A stretch of DNA of 64,000 nucleotides. It comes from a virus (Duplodnaviria; Caudoviricetes). The notes below the pieces were generated by a model. It did not search any database. It was not told the DNA's origin and saw only the letters and a list, made by a program, of their open reading frames with translations. A program made the translations under genes and the position numbers. The stretch spans positions 64,001-128,000 of the IMG/VR virus record IMGVR_UViG_3300001598_000034. One strand, 5' to 3'. Positions 18,138 to 27,575 of the stretch are shown here, in pieces (the stretch's first letter is position 1; each line of letters starts with the position of its first letter).

Positions 18138-19988
18138 TTATATTACATCGAGGCTCTTTAAGAAATCCTCGGTGGAATCAAGTTGAGAATCCTGTGATAT
18201 AGATACAGGTGATTTAGGTTTTTTCTTGGATCTGGTCTTTTTTATTCCAATAGATCCTCCTTTACCAAGTAAAAGCTCTAAGTCTTTTTTACGAATATAC
18301 TCTGATATTTTTTGTTTGTTTTCGAGCAGTAGCTTTATTCCCTCGTCATAGGTGTCTTCACAGATTAAATCAATATAAACAGAAGTACCCTTCATTCCAA
18401 TTCTATGGTGACGGTCTTCTGCCTGACTTCGCTCTTCTATTGAAGCTGTATTTTCAAAGAATATACTGCTTACAGGATTAGTTTCACAAGTAAAGTCATT
18501 GCCCCTACATTCTGATTGAATTTGAAGTATTAATACTTTTATTTGCCCCTGTTTAAACTGCTCTTTAATAGTTTTGCGCCTTGCATCAGAAACACGTCGA
18601 TCTAATACTGTAGCTTCTATTTCATGGTCGTGGAGGTATTGTTGCAATTTAGATAAGATAAAAGTATGTCTAGCCCAGATAATAAACGAGTCTGAACTAT
18701 TACGAATAATAGATAGCATCTCTTCATACTTAGGGCTATCCAGCCAGATAAAATCTCCGTCATCTGTAGTAATATACCCAGAAGTTATTTGTTGAAATTT
18801 CTCAAGCATAGATACTACGTATTCAACAGTAACTGGAGAAGTATTTTCTTGTTCTATATTTTCCTGTACGGTACATACAGCATCTATTTGATCTAGTAAA
18901 TTCGTATACCATTCATATTGTGCTTCATATATAGGCAATTTACGAACCTGGTACACTTTAGGTGGTAAGTCTAGGCATTGATCTTTAGAACGACTAAATG
19001 CAGCTAAATACGCTCGCGATTTTAGTTCGTCCATATGCTTAAATCCCTTAATGACTTTACCAAATGGTAAGGATACATAATCAATGTATCTATTACTAAA
19101 CACCCACTGATTAGTACCATAGATAGTTTTATCTACAGCTAAACATTGTGCAAAAAGATCTAATGGGTTTGACACATAAGGCATACCCGTAAGCAGCAAA
19201 CCATATGGAATGCTATTACAAATATCAATAGCCGCCAATGTTCGCTTAGCTTTAGGATTTTTTATCTTTGTTGCTTCGTCAAGAATGAACATATCAAAAT
19301 GTGCATTTTGCAGCCATTCACTAGCAGAATCTACGCCTTCATATGTTATTAATGTAAAAGTAAACTTACTATCATCAATATTGTGGAGGATATTGTTTTT
19401 CTGTCCAGGTGTTCCTTTAACTGGATATACAACAGCATCAGGTGCAAATCTATGTACTTCTTGTTCCCATTGATACATTAATGACCTAGGAAGAATAACT
19501 AAAACTTTTTTAATACCACCTAAAGCTTCATCCGTATGACGTAATTTAGCAATAGTAATAGAAGTATACGTCTTGCCCATACCCAAGTCCAAGTATAAAG
19601 ACGCTTTAGGTATATTGAGTGCAAAAGCAATAGCCTCACGCTGGTGTTGAAAAGGAGGTAATACATAGTCAATAGTATCGGGAAGAACTACTGGACGTGA
19701 GTCATCTTTTAGTCCTTGTTGAAGTTCAGATAAACGTATTATTGTATTCTTACAAGAAGTATACCATTGTCTAGTTTCAGCATCTGTTACAGCAATATAC
19801 TTTCTAAAGTCCTTCCAGAGATCTTTAAATACTGTCAATGTAGCTGGAGTGGTCCACATACGATGAATACGGTCGAACACCATATTTCGCAAGACACTTT
19901 TGAAAATATTTTCCCCAGATATTCCTGGGAAATAGAGGGTAGTACCCCTCTTATATATTTTTAGGTTTATATTTATCGCATCTGCCAC
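18138..19988 (-). CDS. SNF2-family helicase
   Basis: DLGMGKT, DEATKIKN, LLTGMP, QAEDRHHRIG. GTG start at 19988 after an AGAGG RBS is preferred over 20060. Confidence 0.9.
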   Translation of the reverse strand: MADAININLKIYKRGTTLYFPGISGENIFKSVLRNMVFDRIHRMWTTPATLTVFKDLWKDFRKYIAVTDAETRQWYTSCKNTIIRLSELQQGLKDDSRPVVLPDTIDYVLPPFQHQREAIAFALNIPKASLYLDLGMGKTYTSITIAKLRHTDEALGGIKKVLVILPRSLMYQWEQEVHRFAPDAVVYPVKGTPGQKNNILHNIDDSKFTFTLITYEGVDSASEWLQNAHFDMFILDEATKIKNPKAKRTLAAIDICNSIPYGLLLTGMPYVSNPLDLFAQCLAVDKTIYGTNQWVFSNRYIDYVSLPFGKVIKGFKHMDELKSRAYLAAFSRSKDQCLDLPPKVYQVRKLPIYEAQYEWYTNLLDQIDAVCTVQENIEQENTSPVTVEYVVSMLEKFQQITSGYITTDDGDFIWLDSPKYEEMLSIIRNSSDSFIIWARHTFILSKLQQYLHDHEIEATVLDRRVSDARRKTIKEQFKQGQIKVLILQIQSECRGNDFTCETNPVSSIFFENTASIEERSQAEDRHHRIGMKGTSVYIDLICEDTYDEGIKLLLENKQKISEYIRKKDLELLLGKGGSIGIKKTRSKKKPKSPVSISQDSQLDSTEDFLKSLDVI

Positions 19989-20622
19989 AACTATTTTCCT
20001 CTTTGCAGAATCCGTTTTGGTCACAGAATGCTCCTGCCTTTTCAAAAAGAACTGGTGCAACTTCTTTTACAAGATCTAACATTTGTTTTGCTAATTTGCG
20101 TATTTCCCACTGCTCCCTTGTGCAGCACCTAAGACTAAAGAAATTGAATAAGCTACTAGCATTAATAGTCATCGTGAGTTCAGTTTCTGTAGCATTAGGA
20201 AGAATATAACGAGCATTTTCTTTCGGAATCCCAGACTCTACTAATAAATTATACGTAGCTCTGATATACTCCATCATATCTTTATACACCTGTTCATTTT
20301 CAGTGCCAGAAATCTTTGGAGGTATTACATAATCAAAATTATCTTCTTTAATATACCGTTGGCTTCTTTGATTAAAACTAGCAATACGGTGCCGCACTAA
20401 TTCGTGGCTACAAGCTCGAGATATTCCTTTAATCAAAAATGTAAATGAAGCATGCTCAAGAGGTGTACCATGTCCAGAAGAACATAGCATACGAAGCATT
20501 TTAGCAACCTGTTCATCTGTCATTTTTCCAGAAACTTTATCTGCATCGAAATAACAAATTTTCGCTGCTTCTGCAATAGCACGTTCTGGATTAGGAGTAT
20601 AATTTATAAGTGTTACTTCCAT
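19951..20622 (-). CDS. thyX: FAD-dependent thymidylate synthase
   Basis: GHGTPLEH, signature RHRIASFNQRSQRY, ENARYILP. Confidence 0.97.
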   Translation of the reverse strand: MEVTLINYTPNPERAIAEAAKICYFDADKVSGKMTDEQVAKMLRMLCSSGHGTPLEHASFTFLIKGISRACSHELVRHRIASFNQRSQRYIKEDNFDYVIPPKISGTENEQVYKDMMEYIRATYNLLVESGIPKENARYILPNATETELTMTINASSLFNFFSLRCCTREQWEIRKLAKQMLDLVKEVAPVLFEKAGAFCDQNGFCKEENSCGRCDKYKPKNI

Positions 20623-20848
20623 TAAACAAATTCCTTTCTTTTCCGATAATAGATATTATACCTAAATTTTTCTAACTATAGGTATCAAGGCTAATCTTTG
20701 CAATACTTCATGTAGCTTATCCATATCATTTTTTCAATTGCTTTATGTGCCTCAGACATACATTCATCGATACGCTCCTGAATAGTATTATAACCGTCTT
20801 CTGAAACAGTAATAGGATTCGATGTAATTGGAGAAAAAAGTCCCATAA

Positions 20849-21040
20849 TTAATCCCCCGTTTCTTCAATAATTTGTTCTTCTGTAAATTCATACATGCCA
20901 GTATTTTCAACTAACTCACGCATAGCTAAATACTTAGCTTCTTCTTCGTTCCTTGCCTTTACTGTAGTTGTAAGTGAGAATGTGCATGTATAGATTTTTA
21001 AATTAGAATCTGGCATAGCTACTTTTACTTTTGTACTCAT
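20849..21040 (-). CDS. hypothetical protein
   Basis: ATG at 21040 (MSTKVK) with AAGGAG RBS; the longer ORF-track call overlaps the upstream gene. Confidence 0.6.
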   Translation of the reverse strand: MSTKVKVAMPDSNLKIYTCTFSLTTTVKARNEEEAKYLAMRELVENTGMYEFTEEQIIEETGD

Positions 21041-21056
21041 CCGTGTCTCCTTTAAT

Positions 21057-21704
21057 TTAAACTCTCGCTTTATAAGGGACACGCACACGCACATGAACCA
21101 ATCTTCGTCCCCATTCCCATGCTTCTGCCCTATTAGGCATTGCAATATCAATAATACGTCCATTAATTGCGTTACCTGTGTCATTCGCTCTGCACCATCC
21201 AATAGTAGGAACATACACTTCAGCCTGCAAAGGAATAACTTCAGGATCTACAGCTAATGTCTTATAGGCAATAGCAGGTGTCCCATCATAAGCAATGCCA
21301 TCACCACTCGCCTCTATAGGATCATGCGTCCAATAAGCAGTAGCCTCTACTAGCATCGTTTTTTCAATAAACTCTCCTGGCATTTTCAAAAATACAGGAT
21401 TGGCGTTCCCCTTTACTTCTTCCCCTGGTACAGCAAATATAGGCTCTTTCTCAAATAATTTGTCTGTATATTTGCGTGCCAGCATTTCAATCTCACTCTG
21501 AGTATGCAATGCAGACAACTCTGCTGCCCGATCAGCAATACGTATTTCACACCGCTTTTCAATCCAAGCATCAAAATCTCTACATATCCCAGCCCAGATA
21601 ACATTACAGAAGAAGATAACGGTTGCTATAACAATACAAATATGTGTAATCATATATCCGGCAATCCAGTATTGATCTTCTTCTAAATGTAATTGTAAAT
21701 TCAT
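21057..21704 (-). CDS. membrane-anchored 3D-domain (MltA-like) cell-wall protein
   Basis: N-terminal TM; ATAY, AVDPEVIPL, ANDTGNAINGRIIDI, AWEWGRR. Confidence 0.9.
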   Translation of the reverse strand: MNLQLHLEEDQYWIAGYMITHICIVIATVIFFCNVIWAGICRDFDAWIEKRCEIRIADRAAELSALHTQSEIEMLARKYTDKLFEKEPIFAVPGEEVKGNANPVFLKMPGEFIEKTMLVEATAYWTHDPIEASGDGIAYDGTPAIAYKTLAVDPEVIPLQAEVYVPTIGWCRANDTGNAINGRIIDIAMPNRAEAWEWGRRLVHVRVRVPYKARV

Positions 21705-21883
21705 ATTTTACACCCCCTTCGATTTCTCCCATTCGCCTTTATAGAAGTTACTGTAAGCATCCCAAACAGCATCGTGGATTCCATCATAGAAATCCCCGGT
21801 TTCTTCAATTTGAAACATTGGATAATATTGTATAAACATAAAATGCATCAGCCATAGACGCATTTCCCCGTATTCCTCTTTTG

Positions 21884-22110
21884 TCATTTCTTATTTTCCT
21901 TCTCTACTACTTGTTGAATTTTTTCAAAGATATAGTCAACGCTAGCTTTTGCGTCTTCTTTAAGAAGACTAATATTGTTTGTAGTAGCATAGTGCGCTAT
22001 AAACATTTTCTTTCCAAAAATAAAATTAACCCACCAAACCCACATAGGAGAGCGATAGTGGTCACCATCTGTAATGCATAAAATATCCAAGGGTTAATAA
22101 TAGGTTCCAT
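21884..22110 (-). pseudogene. frameshifted phage membrane protein gene
   Basis: GGAGG RBS + ATG 22110 gives MEPIINPWIFY...ERKCL-stop; a plausible C-terminus (MFIAHYATTNNI...VDYIFEKI) lies in another frame. Confidence 0.5.
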
Positions 22111-22128
22111 AATTTATACCTCCATTTC

Positions 22129-23145
22129 TTAATACAATAAAGCTTCCTTAATCAAAGGAGAAGCTAATTTACTAATATGTTTATTAATATATTTTTGTGT
22201 AGACTTGTCTAGCACCAAATCGGCATGATCTTTATTAAAGTCATCCAGCACATCCGCTGCAAAGTCCTTAATCACCTCACTAAAATCTTCAATATACTTC
22301 TTAACACCATAATGACTCAATACATTCTGCAAACGAGCTTCTGTTACATAGGGCTCTACCATAGCATAATATTTAGCAATTTCTTCTGGCAGTTCTTTCA
22401 TTTCTTCTGATTTTGCTTTGGATGCAACTTCTTTAAACTTATCATTTTTAGATTTAAAGATAATGCGATGATCCCCACACCAAATATCTGCAAGCGCTGG
22501 ACGTATCACAATACCTTCCATGATATTAGGTTCTTTAAGTTGCTGATTTTCTTCCAGAGTAAACTTTCCACCAACTGTTTTTTGCAAATCTCTCCAAATT
22601 TCTGATTCCCTATCATTTGGATACGCTAATGCCTCATCTAACGTTTCACAAAAAGCAAGTAAATGCGGCATAAATATCCCCAATTCTGTACAAAGTGCAT
22701 GTACCGTGCAATGAGGTAGGTAATTCCCATCTTTGTAAATATCGAAAACTGCAAACTCATTGCGTGGTGTATAATACACACCTCTTTGTACACGCTCTCC
22801 AACAGAAGGATAATTCTTCCAAGAACCACCAAAATATTCTCCAAAGATCGTGAGTTGCTCCTTGCAATCGAGCTGCTTCCAAATCTTAGGAATGCAATCA
22901 ATTATATGTTGGAATGCTTGTTTCTGGCAGGGAGTAATCTCAGGAACCATTATGTTACGGCTTTGAAATTTAATAGTAGTACCATCTACTGTGCCAATAC
23001 CAAAATTAGCACCGTGTATCTTTTCATGAATTACCCAAGGTCCGTCATACTCTTTAAGCCCCGTGCAGTTTTCTTTCCAATAATTAATTTCGTCCTCTCT
23101 ATATGCTTGTTCTATAGAAGGATATTTTTTATGTTCATATTGCAT
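22129..23145 (-). CDS. Rnl2-family RNA ligase
   Basis: Motif I HEKIHGANF, III FGEYFGG, IIIa FAVFDI, IV EGIVIRP, V FKSKN; C-domain RLQNVLS. Confidence 0.92.
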   Translation of the reverse strand: MQYEHKKYPSIEQAYREDEINYWKENCTGLKEYDGPWVIHEKIHGANFGIGTVDGTTIKFQSRNIMVPEITPCQKQAFQHIIDCIPKIWKQLDCKEQLTIFGEYFGGSWKNYPSVGERVQRGVYYTPRNEFAVFDIYKDGNYLPHCTVHALCTELGIFMPHLLAFCETLDEALAYPNDRESEIWRDLQKTVGGKFTLEENQQLKEPNIMEGIVIRPALADIWCGDHRIIFKSKNDKFKEVASKAKSEEMKELPEEIAKYYAMVEPYVTEARLQNVLSHYGVKKYIEDFSEVIKDFAADVLDDFNKDHADLVLDKSTQKYINKHISKLASPLIKEALLY

Positions 23146-23263
23146 AATTATGCTTACTCCTTACAATATCTGTATTTCTTTATTTTATCTAATATTTTAT
23201 CTACTAATTTACTATGATCTTTTAAACGCCATTGATAGTCAATAAGTAGAGTTTCTAAGTCAT

Positions 23264-23485
23264 CTACAGCTGTATCGCCTGATCATTACATAAATTATTA
23301 TCTTTATCATATACATTATCAACGCACGCAAAGTTTAACGAGTATAGCGCATCCCAATAACACCCGCAGTATTTGCATGCAAATCTATATGTATATGTAT
23401 TATCTCGCAAAAGAGAATCATAACAATCAGCATCTTCTCTTCCACAGAGAGGGCACTTTCCCTTACGCCATTCTTCTTTTTCCAC
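23264..23485 (-). CDS. small zinc-ribbon protein
   Basis: CPLC...CKYC; GTG start overlaps the DUF3310-like gene. Confidence 0.5.
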   Translation of the reverse strand: MEKEEWRKGKCPLCGREDADCYDSLLRDNTYTYRFACKYCGCYWDALYSLNFACVDNVYDKDNNLCNDQAIQL

Positions 23486-23646
23486 CGCCAGATGTATTTA
23501 ATTACATTGGCTGTGCAAACAGCTTCAAGACCGGTAAGTTCTTCAACAGCTGCCTCTATTGCCTGAATACATTCCACACCATTCTTTGATTGGTAATGTT
23601 GTGGAGAATTAATCATATCTTTACTCACGTTTATATCCCCCCCCAC
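23335..23646 (-). pseudogene. DUF3310-like protein, C-terminal motif missing
   Basis: INSPQHY..NGVECIQAIE...ANVIKYIWRWKKKNG is present, but the usual EDLxKAxWYL tail is replaced by off-frame sequence. Confidence 0.55.
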
Positions 23647-24005
23647 CCCATTGCGTCTTCATATCCTTCCGTATAACCAGCGTCTACTCCTGCCTCGTAA
23701 CCTGCATCGTATCCGGTTTGATAGTGATGCTCAGTAAGTTCTCGAAGAGCTGCTTCAATAAGAGGCTCACACGACTTTACTTTCCCTTTAGATGTATGTA
23801 CAAGTTTTTCTAATACTGCATTTAAATGTTCCTGCGGAAGTACAGTTACAAATTTATAAATATATTCTTTTTCCTCAGTCATCTTCACAATACTCCCCAT
23901 AGTCATGTTCATTATTATAATATCCATGTGGGTGCTTTTCCATCCATTCTTTAGCATGTGCAGGATCGTAGTCATCCGTATGGCCTTCTTCAATAGGCGC
24001 TTCAT
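23631..24005 (-). CDS. hypothetical protein with GYDAGY repeats
   Basis: Likely starts at the internal MTEEKE; Yae1-like GYxxGY repeats. Confidence 0.6.
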   Translation of the reverse strand: MKRLLKKAIRMTTILHMLKNGWKSTHMDIIIMNMTMGSIVKMTEEKEYIYKFVTVLPQEHLNAVLEKLVHTSKGKVKSCEPLIEAALRELTEHHYQTGYDAGYEAGVDAGYTEGYEDAMGWGGI

Positions 24006-24141
24006 CCTCTACCTGTACGTGCTCCCAGGTATTAACTACACGGTAATAATAAATCTTTTTCTTATCCTCCATATGCATTAAAAGATCTTCTAATTCCGGT
24101 AAATCTTTTTCTAAAATATCAATTTCTAATTCAACTCTCAT
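23875..24141 (-). CDS. hypothetical protein
   Basis: 88 aa, GGAGG RBS, acidic tail. Confidence 0.65.
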   Translation of the reverse strand: MRVELEIDILEKDLPELEDLLMHMEDKKKIYYYRVVNTWEHVQVEDEAPIEEGHTDDYDPAHAKEWMEKHPHGYYNNEHDYGEYCEDD

Positions 24142-24143
24142 TC

Positions 24144-24455
24144 TTATTCCTCCGTTCCATAATTTGCATAATCTGTGTCATCATCTGACGAGATTGCATC
24201 CTCATATCCCTGTGCATATGATCCTTTTTCAGCATAGTATTCGCACCAGTCATTATCTGAAACTTGCTTTTTATCTACAAGACTACAATACCATTTGCTA
24301 CCTGCAAAAATTCTGTGATTACAGGTACTGCAGTTCATTATTAAGCAATGACTCGGAAAGTGATAAAAGTTAACAGTATTCTTTTTCTCCAACATAGCGA
24401 AGGCAGCTTTTACTAGTTCAACCTTATCTTTATCTACATCAAACTCAACAATCAT
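24144..24455 (-). CDS. hypothetical Cys-rich protein
   Basis: CSTC...C...C; N-terminus resembles the adjacent 88-aa protein. Confidence 0.65.
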   Translation of the reverse strand: MIVEFDVDKDKVELVKAAFAMLEKKNTVNFYHFPSHCLIMNCSTCNHRIFAGSKWYCSLVDKKQVSDNDWCEYYAEKGSYAQGYEDAISSDDDTDYANYGTEE

Positions 24456-24462
24456 CCATTTA

Positions 24463-24732
24463 TCACTCCTTCTCTAACTTAGTATAATACTGTGTCTTTT
24501 GCAATTCTTCCCTTTGAATCCAATAAATGCAGTTCATTGCAGTTTCTTCCTTATACCTATTACGCAGCCATTCCCTATCCATATTAGCATCATGTTCATT
24601 TAAATAAATCTTTTTTATAGTAGGAAGTTCGGTAATAGGAATACTCGCATCTTTAGGAACAATAAGTTCCCACAAAATATAAATATAAGTTCCTTGCGTT
24701 GTTTCCATTTTAACACTCCGTGTTGTTTCCAT
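24463..24732 (-). CDS. hypothetical protein
   Basis: 89 aa with a duplicated start region (METT...METT). Confidence 0.65.
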   Translation of the reverse strand: METTRSVKMETTQGTYIYILWELIVPKDASIPITELPTIKKIYLNEHDANMDREWLRNRYKEETAMNCIYWIQREELQKTQYYTKLEKE

Positions 24733-24743
24733 TTTAACACTCC
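24698..24743. repeat. 22-bp direct repeat (24-bp period) duplicating RBS and start codon
   Basis: GTTGTTTCCATTTTAACACTCC at 24698-24719 and 24722-24743. Confidence 0.9.
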
Positions 24744-25106
24744 TTATAGTAGTTTTACATACCCAGAAAACATTTCAGCAATTTCTTCTGAATCTAACTG
24801 TTCATCCTTAAGAATACCAAAATGTCTTAACACGCGCTTGCTTGGTTTTTGCATGAGCCACCAGCGTGTAATCAATTCAACAGGATGCCCATTTGCAAAA
24901 AACTCAAGCAATGGTTTTGGTTGTGGGTCTCTACACTCTTGATCATTGGCGTCCCAATCATAATCATACCATTGAAAATATAAATCCCACAAAAATCTAG
25001 CCATAGGATTAATTTCATAGTCAGTCACTTCCTCACAAGTTAAAAACTTAACCATACCTTCTTGCCCTAAAGATGTAATTAAGTCATAGTTGGTTTTATA
25101 CTCCAT
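24744..25106 (-). CDS. hypothetical protein
   Basis: 120 aa, operon packing, GAGGGG RBS. Confidence 0.65.
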   Translation of the reverse strand: MEYKTNYDLITSLGQEGMVKFLTCEEVTDYEINPMARFLWDLYFQWYDYDWDANDQECRDPQPKPLLEFFANGHPVELITRWWLMQKPSKRVLRHFGILKDEQLDSEEIAEMFSGYVKLL

Positions 25107-25107
25107 T

Positions 25108-25425
25108 TTAGCACCCCTCTTCTGAAGTTATATCAGCTGCTTCTATTAGTTTAAAGCTAACCAAGTAATTATCTTCATCAGTAATAAACTCAGCTACATA
25201 ATCATGTGCTATACCGCGTTTTTCAAACTCAGTAGCAGGATCTTCACATTCGTCTAATATTTGATAGTATGCTCCAGGATCATTTGAACAAGGAATAATT
25301 CCTGTAACTTCTGCTAAGAGTACTTCAAAATCTGACTCTTCTATAATTACGGCCATTGCACCTTTAGAAAAGTTGTTTAAATATACTTTCCACTCTTCAT
25401 AAGTACTGCAATATCTAAAGGTCAT
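25108..25425 (-). CDS. hypothetical protein
   Basis: Likely ATG start MTFRYC with GAGGA RBS. Confidence 0.6.
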   Translation of the reverse strand: MTFRYCSTYEEWKVYLNNFSKGAMAVIIEESDFEVLLAEVTGIIPCSNDPGAYYQILDECEDPATEFEKRGIAHDYVAEFITDEDNYLVSFKLIEAADITSEEGC

Positions 25426-25592
25426 TTTCTTCCTCTCCTTTTGTCTCTCTTTCTCCACTCTGGATCAATAAACTCGTATTCTCTGGGTCTAACATGTCCT
25501 AATGCACGGTTAGGAGCTGTACCACCTCTACGTTTTCTGTGATCTGCTCTACACCTGTTATACCAAAAATAATTCTTATCATCCCAAGCCAT
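25422..25592 (-). CDS. small basic protein (56 aa, not in ORF track)
   Basis: MAWDDKNYFWYNRCRADHRKRRGG...RRGRK; overlaps both neighbours; GGAGG upstream. Confidence 0.55.
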   Translation of the reverse strand: MAWDDKNYFWYNRCRADHRKRRGGTAPNRALGHVRPREYEFIDPEWRKRDKRRGRK

Positions 25593-25828
25593 TATTCTTC
25601 CACCTCCTCAATACTAAACTCCTTGTGGTTTCTCAAAGCTAAATAAATATTTTTTGCTAAGACAGCTTCTGAAAAACTTTGAAAATGAAGTGCATCTTCT
25701 TTATGTATTACTCTAATAAAATCACAATCTTTATTAGTACCAACATATCCATCAGGCTCATATTCTACTTTTTTACCAACCTTATCCCAATTGATGGGCG
25801 CATAAAGCACAATTATAAATTTTTTCAT
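25592..25828 (-). CDS. hypothetical protein
   Basis: 78 aa, GGAGG RBS. Confidence 0.65.
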   Translation of the reverse strand: MKKFIIVLYAPINWDKVGKKVEYEPDGYVGTNKDCDFIRVIHKEDALHFQSFSEAVLAKNIYLALRNHKEFSIEEVEE

Positions 25829-26067
25829 TAGTTATCTACCTCCACCACATCAATGACATATCCGTCCTTCAGTACGGTAGTATGCTTATCATTGTAGGCC
25901 TTGACAAACTCTTCAATCTTGTTCTTATCTTTACCAATCTTGACAACGGGAGAATTCTCCCAAGGCCACTCTCCTGCCTCCGTATTTAGTACTACGAATA
26001 CTATTTCTTTCTTTTTATTAGCTACTCCTGCCATGTATTTATTCCTCTCTTTTCTCTGGATTTTCAA
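25828..26067 (-). CDS. hypothetical protein
   Basis: Likely starts at the internal MAGVAN. Confidence 0.6.
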   Translation of the reverse strand: MKIQRKERNKYMAGVANKKKEIVFVVLNTEAGEWPWENSPVVKIGKDKNKIEEFVKAYNDKHTTVLKDGYVIDVVEVDN

Positions 26068-26245
26068 CTTTACCTATATATGCTCCAGGCGCGCAGTCAA
26101 ATCCCCAGATTTCAATTTCTTTCTCTGGATGAGCTATCTTAGCCATCTCAGCATAATGTTGCGTTACTTCCTTTGTCAGTGACGCGGAAGCTAAGTTTAT
26201 TACGCCATCAGCTACATAGGCGTAGAAATATGTTTTATTCAGCAT
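26039..26245 (-). CDS. hypothetical protein
   Basis: 68 aa, GGGGAG RBS. Confidence 0.6.
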   Translation of the reverse strand: MLNKTYFYAYVADGVINLASASLTKEVTQHYAEMAKIAHPEKEIEIWGFDCAPGAYIGKVENPEKREE

Positions 26246-26258
26246 CTATTTTCTCCCC

Positions 26259-26529
26259 TTACCAATCACTATCTGTTTGTAATATTCTACGCAGAGAGAT
26301 AATGCAAAAGCCATCTGGTACGTCCTCCCAGTCACTGTGCCTTAATACAGTACCGACAGAGGCAAGACGTGATCTTCCTGTATACTCTTGCTTATCAGGA
26401 TCCCACTCTCGTAGCCACAGTACATCACCTTCTTGGATGTTGTCTTCATCTTTACGATATTCAAAAGTTTTTCCCATAGATAACTGGTATAAACCACTTA
26501 TGCAATATTTTCTTTTCTACAATTTTCAT
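26259..26529 (-). pseudogene. ASCH/DUF3850-like protein, frameshifted at GGGAAAAAC
   Basis: MKIVEKKILHKWFIPVIYGK in one frame; KTFEYRKDEDNIQEGDVLWLREWD..YTGR in the +1 frame. Confidence 0.7.
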
Positions 26530-26533
26530 TTTT

Positions 26534-26956
26534 CTACTTGGTATCCTTTCTTAATAAATCTGGTTCGTGCCCTTTCTTAATAAATGGGACATCGACTACA
26601 GTAAATTCAGTACGGGAACCTTCGCTTCTACTTTTCAAAACTTCATTATATGCATATGCTTCATCCTTATCCTCAAATACTCTTAACGTATGCACTTCGC
26701 CATTAGCAAGTGACATTCGTATTACATATGCATTTTCTATATTCATTTTTTCTACATCGATTAATTCAAATTTCATAGCATGTTTATCATTTTTTTCTAA
26801 CCAATCTTCTGCAACCTTTTGGGCTTGATCTTTTGATATAAATGTCCATGCCATTTCAAATAAATATGTGTGTGATTCATCCGTTCCTTTTGAGCTTCCA
26901 ATATAATAGGGCAAATCATATTTATTATTTGGAATGATTTTTATTCTATAACTCAT
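26534..26956 (-). CDS. hypothetical protein
   Basis: 140 aa, GAGGGAG RBS. Confidence 0.65.
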   Translation of the reverse strand: MSYRIKIIPNNKYDLPYYIGSSKGTDESHTYLFEMAWTFISKDQAQKVAEDWLEKNDKHAMKFELIDVEKMNIENAYVIRMSLANGEVHTLRVFEDKDEAYAYNEVLKSRSEGSRTEFTVVDVPFIKKGHEPDLLRKDTK

Positions 26957-26960
26957 ATTT

Positions 26961-27191
26961 CTATCTCCCTCTTATTTCACATAATTCTTCTTCAGTAAAA
27001 TTGTGCGACATGAGAACAGCACGCCCACTGCCTGCGTAATATGCTACAACTACAAATGCAGCATCACTTGGGGCTTCACGCACAATTGCTTTACGAAGTG
27101 TCTTCGATGCCATAGTATATTTTCTGGAATATAACGTGTCATGATTCCAAATATTTCCATCAGTACACAAATAACTAAAAACGTATTTCAT
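26961..27191 (-). CDS. hypothetical protein
   Basis: 76 aa, GGAG RBS. Confidence 0.6.
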   Translation of the reverse strand: MKYVFSYLCTDGNIWNHDTLYSRKYTMASKTLRKAIVREAPSDAAFVVVAYYAGSGRAVLMSHNFTEEELCEIRGR

Positions 27192-27336
27192 TTTTCTAAC
27201 TCCATATGACTTAAAAGAGAATCAATCGCATTCTCCACAGCTCCTGGGATATACAACGTAAAGCCGAACCAAGGGTGATATCCATGCTCGGGATATTGTT
27301 CAATAAGGTATTCCCAAAGCCATTTATGCATGTCAG

Positions 27337-27552
27337 TCATTTTTCTACCCCTACCAGCTTCAGTTCACCATTTACTAATTTTTTAGCTACAACATCATAG
27401 CGCGCAGCTTCCGAGTGATCACCATATTCCTCACAATCTCTTGCTATGAAATCTAATGCTTCTAAAATTGCTTTTACATTATCCTCTTCAAATCTAGTTT
27501 TATCCATTATTATCATCTCCTTATTTACAAAATAAAAGGACCAGGAGTGCAT
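27337..27552 (-). CDS. hypothetical protein
   Basis: Likely starts at the internal MDKTRF after AAGGAG. Confidence 0.55.
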   Translation of the reverse strand: MHSWSFYFVNKEMIIMDKTRFEEDNVKAILEALDFIARDCEEYGDHSEAARYDVVAKKLVNGELKLVGVEK

Positions 27553-27575
27553 AAGCGCTCCCAGCCCGTCAATAA

